The notes under the pieces are model-generated. The model was given only the letters and a program-made list of their open reading frames with translations, did not search any database and had not been told where the DNA came from. A DNA stretch of 64,000 nucleotides from Lama glama (taxonomy: Eukaryota), in contig CM052819.1 of the NCBI GenBank assembly GCA_028534125.1, positions 106,144,001 through 106,208,000 on the forward strand. Direction: 5' to 3'. Positions 10,584 to 22,819 of this stretch are shown here, in pieces; within the stretch, counting starts at the first letter, position 1, and every line of letters begins with the position of its first letter. The translations under genes and the position numbers were made by a program.

Positions 10584-10909
10584 GTGAGGCCGGCGGGGCG
10601 GCGGCGCTGCGGGGGCGGCGGGGCTCGGACACCGCGGCCGGACAGCACGGCCGGACCACGCCGCCGGGCCACGCCGCCGGGCAGCCCGGGGCAGCGCCGC
10701 GGCTGCGTTTATGTAAGCGCCGCGGGGCAGGTGGTGAGGCCGCGCCGGGCGTGCGGCTGGTGCGGGACCCGAGCGGCCCGGGGCGCTGTCCGGAGACGCT
10801 GTCCGGAGCGGCCGCGGGCCGCCCGGGGAGGGGAGCTGCGCCCAGAGCGGCCCCACGTCTCCTGCCCCGGGCGCCGCATCTGCGCGGGATGCTCTGCGCC
10901 GCGGAAGAG

Positions 10910-11660
10910 GGAGGCTGCGCTCCGGGATGCAGGAGAGCCTGCGACCCCGGGACGGAGGGGAGGCTGCGTCCCCGGGATGAAGCTGCGCCCCGGGGCGGGT
11001 ACACCGAGCCCGAGGGTGAAGGGGAGGCTGCGCCCCCGGGGAGGGACACTGCCCCCAGGGATGAGGCTGCGCCCTGGGGAGTGGAGCCCGCGCCCCCGGG
11101 ACGGAGGAGAGGCTGCGTCCCCGGGATGAAGCTGCGCCCCGGGGCGAGTACATCGAGCCCGAGGATGAAGGGGAGGCTGCGTCCCCGGGGTGAAGCTGCG
11201 CCCCGGGGCGGGTACACCGAGCCCGAGGGTGAAGGGGAGGCTGCACTCCCGGGATGAACCTGGACGGAGCGGAGGCTGCGTCCCTGGGATGTGGATGCGC
11301 CCCGGGGCGGGTACACTGAGCCCGAGGATGAAGGGGAGGCTGCGCCCCCGGGGAGAGACACTCTCCCCAGGGATAAGGCTGCGCCCTGGAGAGTAGAGCC
11401 TGTGCCCTCAGGAGGGGAGCCTGCACCGGGGACAGCCCCGTCCCCTCCCCGGGAGTGCCGCTTCTGCTCCGGCTGCGGTGCGCCCTAGGAGGGAGGGCTG
11501 CGCCCGGGACAGGGCTGCACCTGGGACGGCCCGCGTCCCCTTCGGGAGGGCACCGTGTCCGCGCAAGATGCTCTGCGCTGTGTGGAGGGCACAGTGCACC
11601 CTCCGGGTGAGGCTGCGCCCCCGGGGAATGGAGGCTGCACCCCCACAGTGAGGCTGCGCC
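10910..11660. repeat. Compound GC-rich minisatellite (64-bp unit built from gaggctgcgcccc(c)ggg cores)
   Basis: Unit ggctgcgtccccgggatgaagctgcgccccggggcgggtacaccgagcccgagggtgaagggga starts at 10962, 11111, 11175 and 11274. Degenerate cores extend on both sides. Confidence 0.9.
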
Positions 11661-14189
11661 GGGGACGGCCCCGCGTGTCCTCCCGAGGGCGCCGTGTCCG
11701 CGTGGGATGCTCTGCGCCGCGGGCGTCCCGGGGCGGGGAGGTTCCCGCGGATACGGGGCGTCTTGAGCAATCGAAACGATCTGGGGCGGCTAGGGGCTCG
11801 AGGTGAATTCTGACATGTTCAGATCTGCAGTAGGAAAATTACCGGGACGTGAATGGGTCTGAAGGAAGGGGTCAACGTGGGCTGTGGACGCTAAGACGTG
11901 TCGGAGTCTCGTTAACGTACTGGAGAACCTAAAACGTGTCCTAGTCCCGATTTGTGCGTGGAGACCCGCAGCGCTGTGTGTGGCTCCCGTTAGTATTTTC
12001 AGCCGGCGGGTCTGGGTCGTTACTTCTGACAAGGGCGTTTTGTTTCCTTGCACGAGCTGTAATGGTTAGCGTTCAGTTCTGGAAGTACAAGGAAAAGTGG
12101 CTTGATGTCAGACTTGCTTATTTACTCTTAGTGTCGTAATTAAGATGATCGACCAGTTAAGTTTTGAGAACAGAAGTAGTTATTTACTTCTCCTTGTTCC
12201 CTCTTAAATTTACCATGTGTTGTATTCCTTTAAAAGGTGCCGCCTACAGCTGCATTTCCCCAAACGCCGGGTTGTGCTCTGGGCAGTTCCCGCGCAGTGT
12301 CTTTTGATTATGTCTTTTTTTTTGAGGCTGAGATTCCTTTACCTTCTGCCTGCTGAGGTTTCCCTGAAGGGAAAGGAAGAAGAAGAAGAAGGCAAAGATT
12401 GGCTGGTACCCCTCCTCCTTGATGTGAGAATCAGCTGCAAGCTCCCTCCAGGGACAGGGTCCCCTCCGCAGGGACACCCACAGCAGCGCTCATGAATACT
12501 GGATGAGACTCAGTGAGTTGGGTGTCGCTCCTGCCCTGCCCAGGTGGAGGTGGGGACTCACACTGGCTTTGCAAGGCAGCCACTGTCTATGAGTCGTGCC
12601 TGTTTGATGTCTGAAGGTTCCTGAGACTGAATTTATTCAGCTACATCTCCAACAAAATTTGAGGCTATAGTTGGAAGGGAAAAAAAGGCCTTTCTGCAGG
12701 GGGCAGTGGTGAAGAGAAAATTGGTCCAGCTCTGAGAAATTGATGACACATGCATCCGAGATGCACTGTGCTCACAGTCAGCGCCGGGAGGTGAAGAGAG
12801 GACCATGAGCTAATAACGTCTCCCACAAAAAACTTCTCGGCTCAGAGGCTAATTCAGGACTTTGTGAATTTACATGTTGTAAAGGCGTTTCAACTGCTTT
12901 TAGAGGGGGCTAAGAAAATTCCTTAAACTTAAATGTGTCTGATGAATGAATAAAGTAAATGAATTCATTTGGCAAGGACTTACCACATTGGGCTACGCGG
13001 GGCCCTCCCTGTCTTAGGCTCCCCACACAGTGCCGAGCAAAATACGCAGAGTTTAAAGCAGTGCAAAAGCTGGCAGTTGACTTTATTAAACACTTATAGC
13101 ATTACCTTTCTAAAAATAAAATTCATAATTTTAGTTATGAAAGTTTAAAATGTATACCATTGAAGTTTTTATTTACAGCTTTGAAAGTATAAGCTCTCAC
13201 ACTGCACATTCAAGGGGTGCAGACAGACACAAAGCCTCATTCCACTCCATCCCTAGCCACTCGGGCCCCTAACTGCTGTGGCCGGGTGACTGTGTGCTGT
13301 CTCAGCAGTGGTTGAAATATACATGTGGTTACAGATGTGTTTTAATATAGTTTTTAATATCGAATGTGAGAAACAGTGCTGCAGTGAATTTTTTTGTGCA
13401 TGGGTTCAAGCAAAACCTGCTAATCATTTTTTTAAATCATCACAATTCCTTGGCTGTAAGGTTTAAGAGCTGGGTTTTATTCCCTTGAATGCTGTGATGC
13501 GCGATGTATTTATGACCAAGGAAATTATTTAAATAGGTAGGAGATAGAAAGTATACTTTGGAGATTAATAGGTGAAGTTATACAGTTACCAACCTATAAA
13601 AAAGTTGTTTAAGAAAAATTGTCAATCTTAGTATGAAACTGAAAAACTTAGGTCCAGTTTTATTGGAAAACTTGATTTTTTTTGTCAGTGTTCTAAAACA
13701 TGGATTTCCAAATCTACAATTGGTGTGATAGAAATACTGCTATTAAAAAAAACTTAGACATATTTTTATAACATGTGACGTAGGAAAGACAGTGAGAACC
13801 TCATTCAAAAATTGTATGTTGAGGTCGTTGAGGTTTCCTCATTCCTTCTCTTCCTGACGTCACGTGTTGTTCGGAACGTGCACAGGAAGCTAGCAGCCGG
13901 CAGCGGTGCTCACCTGGCCTTGCGGCGCAGCCTGACGGCCGTGGGGCCCAGGCCCTCAGTACCAGCTCGTCACGTTCTGTTGTGGTCTGGGTAACACTGC
14001 TGTGTGCCAGGTGTCTAGGGTGTGCCAGAGAACGGCTTTCTCTTCGTGGTGGATTTAAACTGAAGACGAGGCTGGGAGGGGGTGGAAGCAGCTTGGAGGG
14101 GCCTGGTATTTCCATGGGAAGCACGGTGAAACTCTGCGAGCATCTAGGGTGGGTTTCTTTCACTCACGTGGTCACCCCCACCCCCGGAC

Positions 14190-14650
14190 TTAGACCAGGT
14201 GTCAGTTCCGTTCTAGGCCCTGGAGACAGAGGAGTGAACGGCAGGGGTGGTTCCTGCCCCAGGGGGGAGATGAGGATGGTGAACCCCAACTGAAGTCCTA
14301 AGTGCAGGGAGGAGCACGTAAAACTAGCAGGGGGGTTGAGGGGGCTCTCAGAGGCTGGAGGCTGGAGGCTGGAGGCTGGTGGCTTTGGCAGGCAGAGGGA
14401 GCTCTGAAGTCCTGGCCTTGGGCCACAGGGGTCTGAGCTTCCTGTGTGGTGCTGATGCGGTGCTGGTACAGGAGCCCAGGGGGCTGAGAGGAAGGGAGGG
14501 CTGCAGCTCATGGGGGTGTGGAATTGAGGTGGTGATCTCAGCCTCACAGGGTGCCGCCTGCCCGCCTACCTTCCTGGTAGAGAGTTTTGAACAACAGAAG
14601 GACAGGATCTGATTTACCTTTGAAAGGAATCATGCTGGCTGTTCTGCAGC
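14190..14650 (-). mobile_element. LINE-2 3' relic
   Basis: gttctaggccctggagacagaggagtgaac...cctgcccc and agagttttgaaca...gacaggatctgatttacctttgaaaggaatcatgctggctg. Confidence 0.6.
14351..14384. repeat. (GGAGGCT)n short tandem repeat
   Basis: gaggctggaggctggaggctggaggctggtggct. Confidence 0.85.
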
Positions 14651-14659
14651 TAATCTTTT

Positions 14660-14810
14660 TTGGAAGCTTGTGATGTGCCAGGCCATTTAAGTGCTTTACA
14701 TTTATTCATTAAATTCTTAGGCAGTCTATAGGCAGGCGTTATTATAGGTCTTCCATGTGACAGGTGGGTAAAGCTGGGTTCAGAGAGGCCACGGGTAAGT
14801 GGCAAAGGGA
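14660..14810 (-). mobile_element. MIR SINE relic
   Basis: tgtgccaggc...aagtgctttacattt...ttattat...acaggtgggtaaagctgggttcagagagg is an antisense MIR core. Confidence 0.65.
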
Positions 14811-15879
14811 GGACCTCCCTGAGAGCCCGGGCCGCGGGCAGGAGGGGGCAGCGGGCCTGCCCAGGCAGAGGTGGTGGGAGCAGATCCGGCATGCTGTCCT
14901 CCAGCACGTGTGAAGTGTCCTCTGTAAGTAAGTTGCAGTGTTATTTTCTGGTGCTGTTACCAGGGAAATGTTGCCACTTTGACTGTGACACAGACCGCCC
15001 CATCAGGTGGGGGTCCCTCACACTCAGTGGAAGCGCCCTCAGACTTCCCGCATGGGCTTTTCAGACCATGCCGCTCTTGCGCCTTCATGACAAAAGAAAA
15101 GGTAAGTGAAATAAAGTAATGGTAACATTTCTTCCCCTTTAGAGTTTGGTCCCTCCAAGTCGGCCCCACAGCAGAGACCACTGTGCTGTCACCGACGTCA
15201 CTGCGTGGCCTTCCTGACTGCCGTCTCTGGGGTGCGTCCACGCCGCGGCTGCAGTCTGCGAGCTTGGACGCTTTCTTGGTCTCACTGGCAGGTGTTGCGG
15301 AGGGGCTTCCGGCCCTAAGATGATTTGCTAACTGGCCTGACGATGGGTTAGTTGCTCTGTCAGTCATGCCGCCAAGAGGATCAGCTGAGTTTGAACAACC
15401 CCTCTCACCTCCTGCCCGATTTCACAGTCGTGAAGATGCAGGGAAGCGTGGGCCTTAGAACTGAGGAACTTGGCGTGTTCCGCAGGCAGAGCCGTCGGGA
15501 TTGCCAGAAGGCTCTGCGGTGGAGCAGCCCTGACGACCCCAGGGCTGCCGGCCGGAGCGGTCGGCGGGCGCTGCTGTGACTGGTGTCTGGCTGGAGGTCC
15601 GGCGTCCGGGGCTGGAGGCGGCCCTGTGCTGCAGGCTGACCCGCGGGTCGAACCTTCATTCCGCGGCTACCAGACGTGTGGTCTTGAGCTCGCCGCTTAC
15701 TCTTCGCACCTTGGGGTTCTCCTCCGTGACGAGGGAGAGGAGCCGGGCCCTGTCTGCTGGGCTGGTGGGTGGGGGAACTGAGCTGACGTGAAGTGCCTGC
15801 AGTTGGACGCCACCAGCAGGACTGCAGAGGGTTTCTTCCGTGTTGTTTTGTGATTAGTCATCCCAGTGGGGGTGTTACG

Positions 15880-16060
15880 ATCTGCGTGGAAGTTCAAGGT
15901 TGGGTTCAAGAAGAGGTTGGGGCCAATCATGTCCATTTGGCATCATTTGCACATTGCTGATGTCTGAAACCATAGGGGTGGCAGTGAGCGAAGACACGGA
16001 AAGGCTGAAGGGTGAGGATGGGGCCTGGGGGCTTTTGGCGAGGGGCCCACAGGAGGAGGG
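15880..16060 (-). mobile_element. LINE-2 relic
   Basis: gagaggttgggg...atttgggcatcatttgcacattgctgatgtctgaaaccataggggtgg resembles the antisense L2 RT region. Confidence 0.45.
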
Positions 16061-17169
16061 GTCTGGTGGTGGGGAGGCCTGGGTGAGAGTGAGGAGGTGC
16101 CGAGCGTCAGGTACAGGGGGCCCTCTGGAGGGGACCGGGCAGCCAGACAGCAGCTGGACAGCTGCAGGCTCGCAGGGTTTTTATTTGTAAGTGAGAGCGA
16201 TTATAGTGTGTTTGGGGCCGTCAGGGAGGATCCCTAGAGGAGGACGGATGTCTGACGCATCGGGAGGCGGGTAGTTGCCGGAGCACTGTCTCTGAGGTGT
16301 GGGAGGGGACGGCCAGAGGCGCAGGGCCAGCTCAGCCCGGGAGCGAGGCGGGACTCCTGCCCGCGGGAGCTGCGGTGCACTTCAGACATCCCTAAGCAGC
16401 TTGCTGCCCCTTTGAAAGGAGGGCGTAAGATAAAACATTCTGTGCTCAACGTGGGAACCTTGGGAACTGCGCAGCAGACTTCAGATCTGCTTTCTTATTA
16501 GCTTGTGGTGCTAAACGCGCCTTGGGGCGTCCTCACAGAAAGATACATGTGGAAATGGTGGGTTTTTTAACTTAAAAAAATTCATGTCTCTAAAGGCATC
16601 ATTAACTTAACTAGAGGTTGGCACCTTTATTCACCAAATTTAGTGCCATTCAGAGGGCTAACCAGACTGGGCCCCTGACCTGGGCTCCAGCGCGGCGTCC
16701 GGGCGGCTGCCCCACCTCCGGCCGGTGGGGCAGGCGGCCATGCTTTGGGCCTCCAGAAGCTGGGGCGCCGCTGGGGCAGCAGCATTTGCTGAAAGTGGCT
16801 GTTCAAGTGGTGAAATAGCTTCCATGCGTGTCAGCTGGTAGTGCTTGTGGTTGTTTGATTTTTCTTTGGTTTGGAAGTTTCGAAATATCCATCTTCTCAG
16901 TGGTTCAATCAGTGGGATGAAACGTAGGGAGGCCAGCCGACCGCTTGTGCTCCATCTGTCGTGTGTGCAGCGGGAGGGCTGGTTTCCGTGGCTCTGGGCC
17001 CTGTTCCTGTCCCTCCTGCCCTCAGTGGGCGGGTTTTACCCAGGCCTTCTCTGCGTGCGCCCTCGCAGAAGGATGCACGGAGGACGAGGAGGACGCCTCT
17101 CTGAGCCTACCTCCAGGGGGCAGACGGAGGCACAGGCGAGGCCGGGGCATCGAGGCGGCTCCTGGGTGA

Positions 17170-17520
17170 GGTGTGGTGTTCAGGAAGGCTCTCCGGACCA
17201 GGTGCTACGCTGAGGCCCAAAGCAGAGAGTGCACGCTTTGTGTCAGGAGAGGGACAGTCACGTTCCAGGGGGAGGGACAGCCTGCCGGAGCCCTGCTCGC
17301 TGAAGTAGCCGGGGCAGCAGCCCTGGTCGGGGTGGTGTGTGGGGCAGGGCGCCAGCTGTGCGGCTCTCTGGGCCAGGCCATGGGCCAGGGCTGCAGCAGG
17401 GCTGGGGGGCTGGGACCAGGCGGGGGCTGAGAGAGTGGAGGGAGCCCAGGGGTGTCGGCGGAGTCAGCAGGCTTTGGGGACGGCTGGGGTTGAGAAGGGC
17501 CCTTATAGCTGTGGATCGTC
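17170..17520 (-). mobile_element. LINE-2 3' relic
   Basis: tcaggaaggctctcc...aggtgctacgctgagg...gttccagggggagggacagc. Confidence 0.45.
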
Positions 17521-17844
17521 ACGGCGCTGAGCCCGAGGGTCTGAGGGGAACTTGTTCCATTGTGGACGGCACTGGCTGTTGGATTCGGCTAAAATCGGCA
17601 GGTCACTTGTGCCTGGGCGTGTGACGTGCAGGGCATTTACTCTTATGTGCTTACGTGGGATCCGCAAGCCACAGAACGTGTTGTTTCAGGAACCTAGGCA
17701 CTCTTGTGTCGAAACTCCCTTTAGGTGGAGCTGGCGCTCCCATCAGTTACTGCTCACTGGTCTCACGCAGGGGTGACGGCACCCCTGGTTTTCAGATCGG
17801 GAACTGACAGGGTCAGTCGCTTCTTGGGGAAGCTGGGTACCATT

Positions 17845-18367
17845 TAGCTAATACTTACTAAGCTTTTGCTGTGTGTCAGGCATGGAGGAACCAGTTTAAT
17901 CTAGTTTACTCCTGATGACAAGTTTTGGCGGTCCCCATTATGCAGAACCGTCATCGTCCCCTCTTCCCTGGCTCACCTGAGTAGCCCCCTCCCCTCCCCT
18001 CCATCCCCTCCTGTCTGTTCTTGACCGGCTGCCAAAGCCAAGCCTTAAATGGAGGACGGACCAGGCACCTTCCTCTCTCAGCCCTGTAACTGCCGCATCC
18101 CAGAGGCCTCCCGCCTGCCGGCCCCTCGCTCACCCCTCCGGCTGTCTGGTGGGCTTCACTCCTCCACACACACCCTCCCCTCTGCACCCCTGCGGCCCTG
18201 CCGTGCGCGCCGTGGTCTCCCCTCTGCACGCCCCCCCCCCCGTCAGCCCGCCAGGCAAACTGGCGCCTCGGGAAGGCAGGGCTCCCGTGCTGTCTCTGTC
18301 CTAAGGGCGCAGAGCCATGCCTGGCGGATAGTAGGCACTCAGCCACGTTTGCCGTTTGGATGGATAA
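17845..18367. mobile_element. MIR fragment (17845-17950, minus) followed by an L2 3' end (to ~18367, plus)
   Basis: agctaatacttactaagcttttgctgtgtgtcaggc...ccccattatgcaga, then the L2 tail gaaggcaggg...atgcctggcggatagtaggcactcag...tggatggat. Confidence 0.55.
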
Positions 18368-19377
18368 CCTTCCTCACTTCCAGTGTAGGTACTAGAACCC
18401 GATTCCACGCTGTTTGCCTGTGAAAGTGTGTCTCTTCTGCCTGAGCAGGCTGCACCCCCTGCTCCCATTGTGCTTGGTGAATCAGTCATGTATTTATGCC
18501 CCATATGTCTGCGTCATCTCCAGATTTCTGTGCTTTTCTTTGTAGAACAGAAACATTTACAAAACATTCAGAATTACTCGAAAACCATGGAGTGCAGAGC
18601 AGTCAGTTAATCTGTTGAAAGCGGGAAGTCCTCAGCTCGCCTGTTAGGCGACACGTGACGAAGTGCATTGTCGTGAGTGGTGGAGCACCCATGACAGGGA
18701 AGGCATAGCTGTAAGTGCATCGTGACGACAGTGCGACTGTTTTGAGTAACTCTGGGAGGTTTCAGAAAAGCAGCCAAAAAGAAAAAAAATACTTAATTCA
18801 TTGTGGAGCCTCAGAGGATTTAAAAATTGGAAAGAACGTGGCTTAAAAGCTGTTTGGTGGGGAGCAAGTGGCAGAATTTACCGGAATTTGGGAAACTGGG
18901 CACTTAATCCCAGCCCTGCCTCTGACCTGGTGGGCTGCTCACTGCGTCGCCCGGGCAGGTTCCCTCAGTGTGTGTGTGGGGGGTGGCACTGTCCCAGGGT
19001 CTCGCTGTTGCTGGAAGGCTGCAGGAGGAAGCTAACAGGCCCGAGGGCCTCGAGGGCCTGCAGGCGGCGCTCCGCGTGTGCTGGTCGGGGAAGCCCCGCG
19101 TGGGCCCGGAGCCCCTGCGGCTGCTGGGAATCCATACGCAGCCGGCACTCGGCGCAGTGTCCCGTCGTCCCCTCCCTCTGGTCCTGAGAGAGGCGGGTCG
19201 GGACAGGACCTGGGTTGGGGCCGTGGGCTCTGGCTCAGCAAGGAGACGCGAGGGCCCTTTCCCCGCTTGCCTAGTCCTCAGGGACAGACTTGCTGGCTGC
19301 CCTGACCTTCGCGGGCCAGGGCGGCCTTCGCAGGCCTGCAGGTCTAGGGCGTGTCGAAGCCAACCAGACAATTCAGC

Positions 19378-19470
19378 GGGGGCAGGGGTGGGGCTCAGGG
19401 GCAGAGCGCGTGCTCAGCATGCACGAGGTCCTCGGTTCTGTCCCCGGTACCTCCGTTAAAGAAAAAAAAA
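19378..19470 (+). mobile_element. tRNA-derived SINE (Vic-1-like), short GC-shifted copy
   Basis: gctcaggggcagagcgcgtgctcagcatgcacgaggtcctcggttctgtccccggtacctccgttaaagaaaaaaaaa is homologous to the copies at 468 and 59405. No clear TSD. Confidence 0.85.
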
Positions 19471-21429
19471 CCTGTGAGAAAAGGGTAATTCAATAGTAGG
19501 TAGTGATTAGTTGGCCCCTCTTCTAACATTGTGCCCTTAGAAACCGAGTTGTTAACACGTGTACCCGCCGGGGTGGAGAATGAGTTTGAAAGTTGCGTTG
19601 CATTCGCGCCTTTACTCATGGGCAGTGAGCCTAAGTCCAGCTTCTTTCCTTGTCCTGGTTGCTAACAGCCCAGGTCCTCTGGCTCCCCGGGTGGCACCTC
19701 TCCTTGGCTGAGTGATGTCCTTGAGGAAAGGAACTTACTCCCGGAGGCGAGGCAGCGTCTCACCACTTGCGTGAGGCCGAGGGATGGCCACCATCCCTCG
19801 TTTCTGGGCGGACACTGTCGCCTCCTAACACCCAGCCCTCCTTCCCAGCCTCTTCCCTTTCCAGGGGTTGATTCTGCCAGACACCTGCTCTCAGGCAAGA
19901 GGTCTGTCTGTGTCAGGTCAGGGCGCCCGCGTCTTCCGTGTGCTGTGCTGGGAGAGGGCAGGGAATTGGACTCATCCAGGGGCTGTCCCCAGGGAGAGCG
20001 GGGAGGGGGTGCTGGGCGGCCGCAGGGCAGCCCCTGACCCCTGCATGGAGGAGGAGGGAAAGTGCAGGTCGTGCAGACGCTTCACATGGCTTAGGCCTGA
20101 GCACAGTTTGAGGTCAGCCTGATAGAGGGACAGTTCTGGGGACTTCCGTGCCCGGGCCACGGCTTGAATAGCCCTGATTTGACGGTTTGTGTCTGTTCTA
20201 CTCTAGGTACGAATGAAATTAATTCTATCAAATGCGTATTTATTAGCCTCGATCACTCTGAGTTCGAGTCCTTTTCTGAGCAGGAACCTCCCCAAAATAA
20301 CCGTCAGAAGGAACCACCGTTCCTGGGCTGGGCGTCTGTGTCTGGTCTCACAACGTGCCTCCTAGGACACAGCGCTCTTGGCGGGTGCTTCAGAGGAGCA
20401 GCTTTTCTTTCTTAGTGTGTTAAAACTTTGCTTTCATTAAAAAGCTGTCAAAACATTTAACGATCCTCATGTGACGAGTTTTTTGAATTAACAGCCCGGG
20501 CAAGCGACACAGTAAACGGTGACAAGTCAGGCTGTGGGTAGAAGCGAGGTTAGGAGGTGGGCTGCGAGCGCTTAATTCGGGGAGAGTGGGGCTCATGGGA
20601 GCGAGTCATCGGCTTTCAGAGCTGTGATGGTTTGGGGTCACAGTGCAACTTAGATTTGACCATCAGTGAGACCCTGTGGAAAAACCCCACTTGTGCCAAG
20701 TTCCGGCAGCTTTGGAAGTGCTGCGGTGCAGACCTGCGTGTCAGGACTGCTGGCTCGTCCTTTGGAATAGGGGGCCTGTGCCGTGTCAGCCAAGTGCAGA
20801 CCAGGGTCAGTCGCGTCTTCTGACTCCCACCCTGGGGGTTTCCTCTCCGGGTTCCTGGTGTCGTGTGTGGTAGCTCGTTTTCACCCACGTGCAGATGAGT
20901 GAGTGAGACGCGTTCGATCATTCCACAGTGAAGCTTTCTGTTCTCCGGCTTTGTTCTCTAATAAAACCGAGGATCTTGACGACATCCCCATTGGAGGAGC
21001 AGCCCCGCCCGCTCCCGCCCCGCTCCCCTGGTTCTGCGGGGTGGGTCGGCGCAGGGGCACGGAGGCGCGCTTGCTGAAGGCCAGCCTCTCTCACCGAAAG
21101 CCCTTGCTGTGGGGAAGGGAGGGCTTTCCTTTTAGTTAACCAAGACTTTCTGCCTCGATGGAGCGTGGGAAGGGGCGTCGGATCCTCGGGACAGAACTGT
21201 GCTGTGAGTGGTGCTGGGGGAGGGCAGTGCCGTGGGATGGTGCGGTCAGCATGGCGCCTGTCGCGGGGAGGAGTCACCTGCGTGTCCCCGGGCTTGCTGT
21301 GGCTGAAGAAGCTGCAGGTGGCACGTGTGGTCAGCTCGTGGTCTGGGTGTTCATCCTCGAGCGCTCGGGAAGGTGCGGGCGGGTGTGGAAGGCGGGGAGG
21401 TACCATGAGGAGGCTCTGTCTTCTCTTGT

Positions 21430-21780
21430 TTTAAAAGCTGCCGTGAGAGTCACCCTCAGTACGTGGACAGGTCAGCGATTTTCATGAATTTCTAAGCTGT
21501 GCAGCTATCACCACAGTCCAGTTGTAAAACGTCTCCATTACCCCAAAGTGCTCCTTGTGTTTGCTTGTGGTTAGTCCCCATTCCCACCTGCCGCCATTGG
21601 CGACTGCCGGCTGCTTGCTGTCCTATAGGTGTGCCTTTGACAGCACTCTGCTGAGCGGGGTAACGCATCCTTTTTATCCTTCCAGTGGGGTGGGCGTCTG
21701 GACTGTGTCCCCTTTTTGACTCTGTCAATAATGCAGCTCTGAACATGAGCATGCGCATCCTTGTGGCCCAGGCTTGGCCT
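21430..21780 (-). mobile_element. L1MB/MC-like 3' end relic
   Basis: gctgtgcagctatcaccacagtccagttgtaaaacgtctccattaccccaaag...aataatgcagctctgaacatgagcatgcgc. Confidence 0.75.
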
Positions 21781-22819
21781 GGCGTCAGGGTGGCAGCACG
21801 TCTGATGGTGGTGGCGCTGGATAGCCGCCGTGGGACCCCGGGCTCCTCCTCGGGCCTGTCTCCACGTGTGCGCGGGGCTTCTGGGATCACCCGGCCCTGT
21901 TACTTCCGGGACGAAGTACCGTGGGCGGAGCGTCCGGCACAGGCTGCTCGAGTGTCTTACCTCGCCGCCCTGCTTGCGCTGGATGCTGAGCCCCCAGCGG
22001 GTGCACTCTTCCCCGTGTTCCGCCTGCAGCCTCCCTCCGCAGAGGAGGTCCGCGAAGGACTGGCAGGCATGTTAAACGCCACAGCCAGCCTGCAGAACCT
22101 CGTCCTCTCCATGCCTAGATGGAGCAGTCGCACTTCTAGGAATTGAGCCCCAGGACACGCCTCCAACAAGACGAAAGCACACGTGGAAATACCCTAGCCG
22201 TCCATTCCGGCTCGGGCGAGGCAGCTCTGGCTGGCCACACCACGAAGAGCCATGGGGGGCGGGCGGGGCTCGCTCTGTGAACTGATCGGAGGTGATTCTG
22301 AGAACGTGCAGGAAGTGAGCAGGGCAGAGAGCCCGACGGCGTCTGGTGTGCCTCGCTCCACGTGAGAAACCTGCATACCTGCGCCTCCGGCCGAAATGGA
22401 TGCGGGCAGGGTGCGCAGAACCAGAGAGCCGGGCCCCGCAGGTCAGGGCGGCTGGGGCTTCTCTGGGTGGACCGCTCAGTACAGCCCGGCTCTTGGAACC
22501 ACAGACCCAAAGACAAAATAAATGAACATTAGCCAGGATGTGGGGGAGCCGGGGTGGAATGCAGACTGACCGAAGCTCAGTGTAGGACAGAGCAGCAGCA
22601 GAGCCGCAGCGGGGGTGGGGGCACGGGAGGAAGGAGTAGCCCGGTTTGGGGAAACCGTATTTTGACTAGATTCTGTGAGGCTGCAGACGAAAGGGCTGTA
22701 CACAGTCCTGTCTGTCTGTTTCTCTCAGGGCAAGGTTGGCCGTGTGAGCATGTTACACGAGGACTGAACAGCAAACGTGTGGTGGGGAGGAGAGCCCGGA
22801 GGGAGCTGCAGACCAGGGG

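Larger units (their letters stand above)
9865..11800 (+). promoter_or_regulatory. CpG-island promoter
   Basis: About 1.9 kb of very high GC and dense CpG. Contains multiple GGGCGG boxes, an NRF1-like TGCGCGCGCA (10302-10311) and an E-box CACGTG (10310-10315). I saw no TATA box. Confidence 0.9.

Noticed and set aside
10087-11426. Long minus-strand ORFs (424 aa, 365 aa) and overlapping plus-strand ORFs across the CpG island
   Set aside because: Several frames are open at once because stop codons are rare at very high GC. The repeated peptides simply translate the minisatellite, whose 64-bp unit is not a multiple of 3. Composition is low-complexity Ala/Pro/Arg/Gly.
17110-17123. CTCF-like motif cctccagggggcag
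   Set aside because: Single matches are expected by chance in 64 kb of GC-rich DNA; no supporting evidence.
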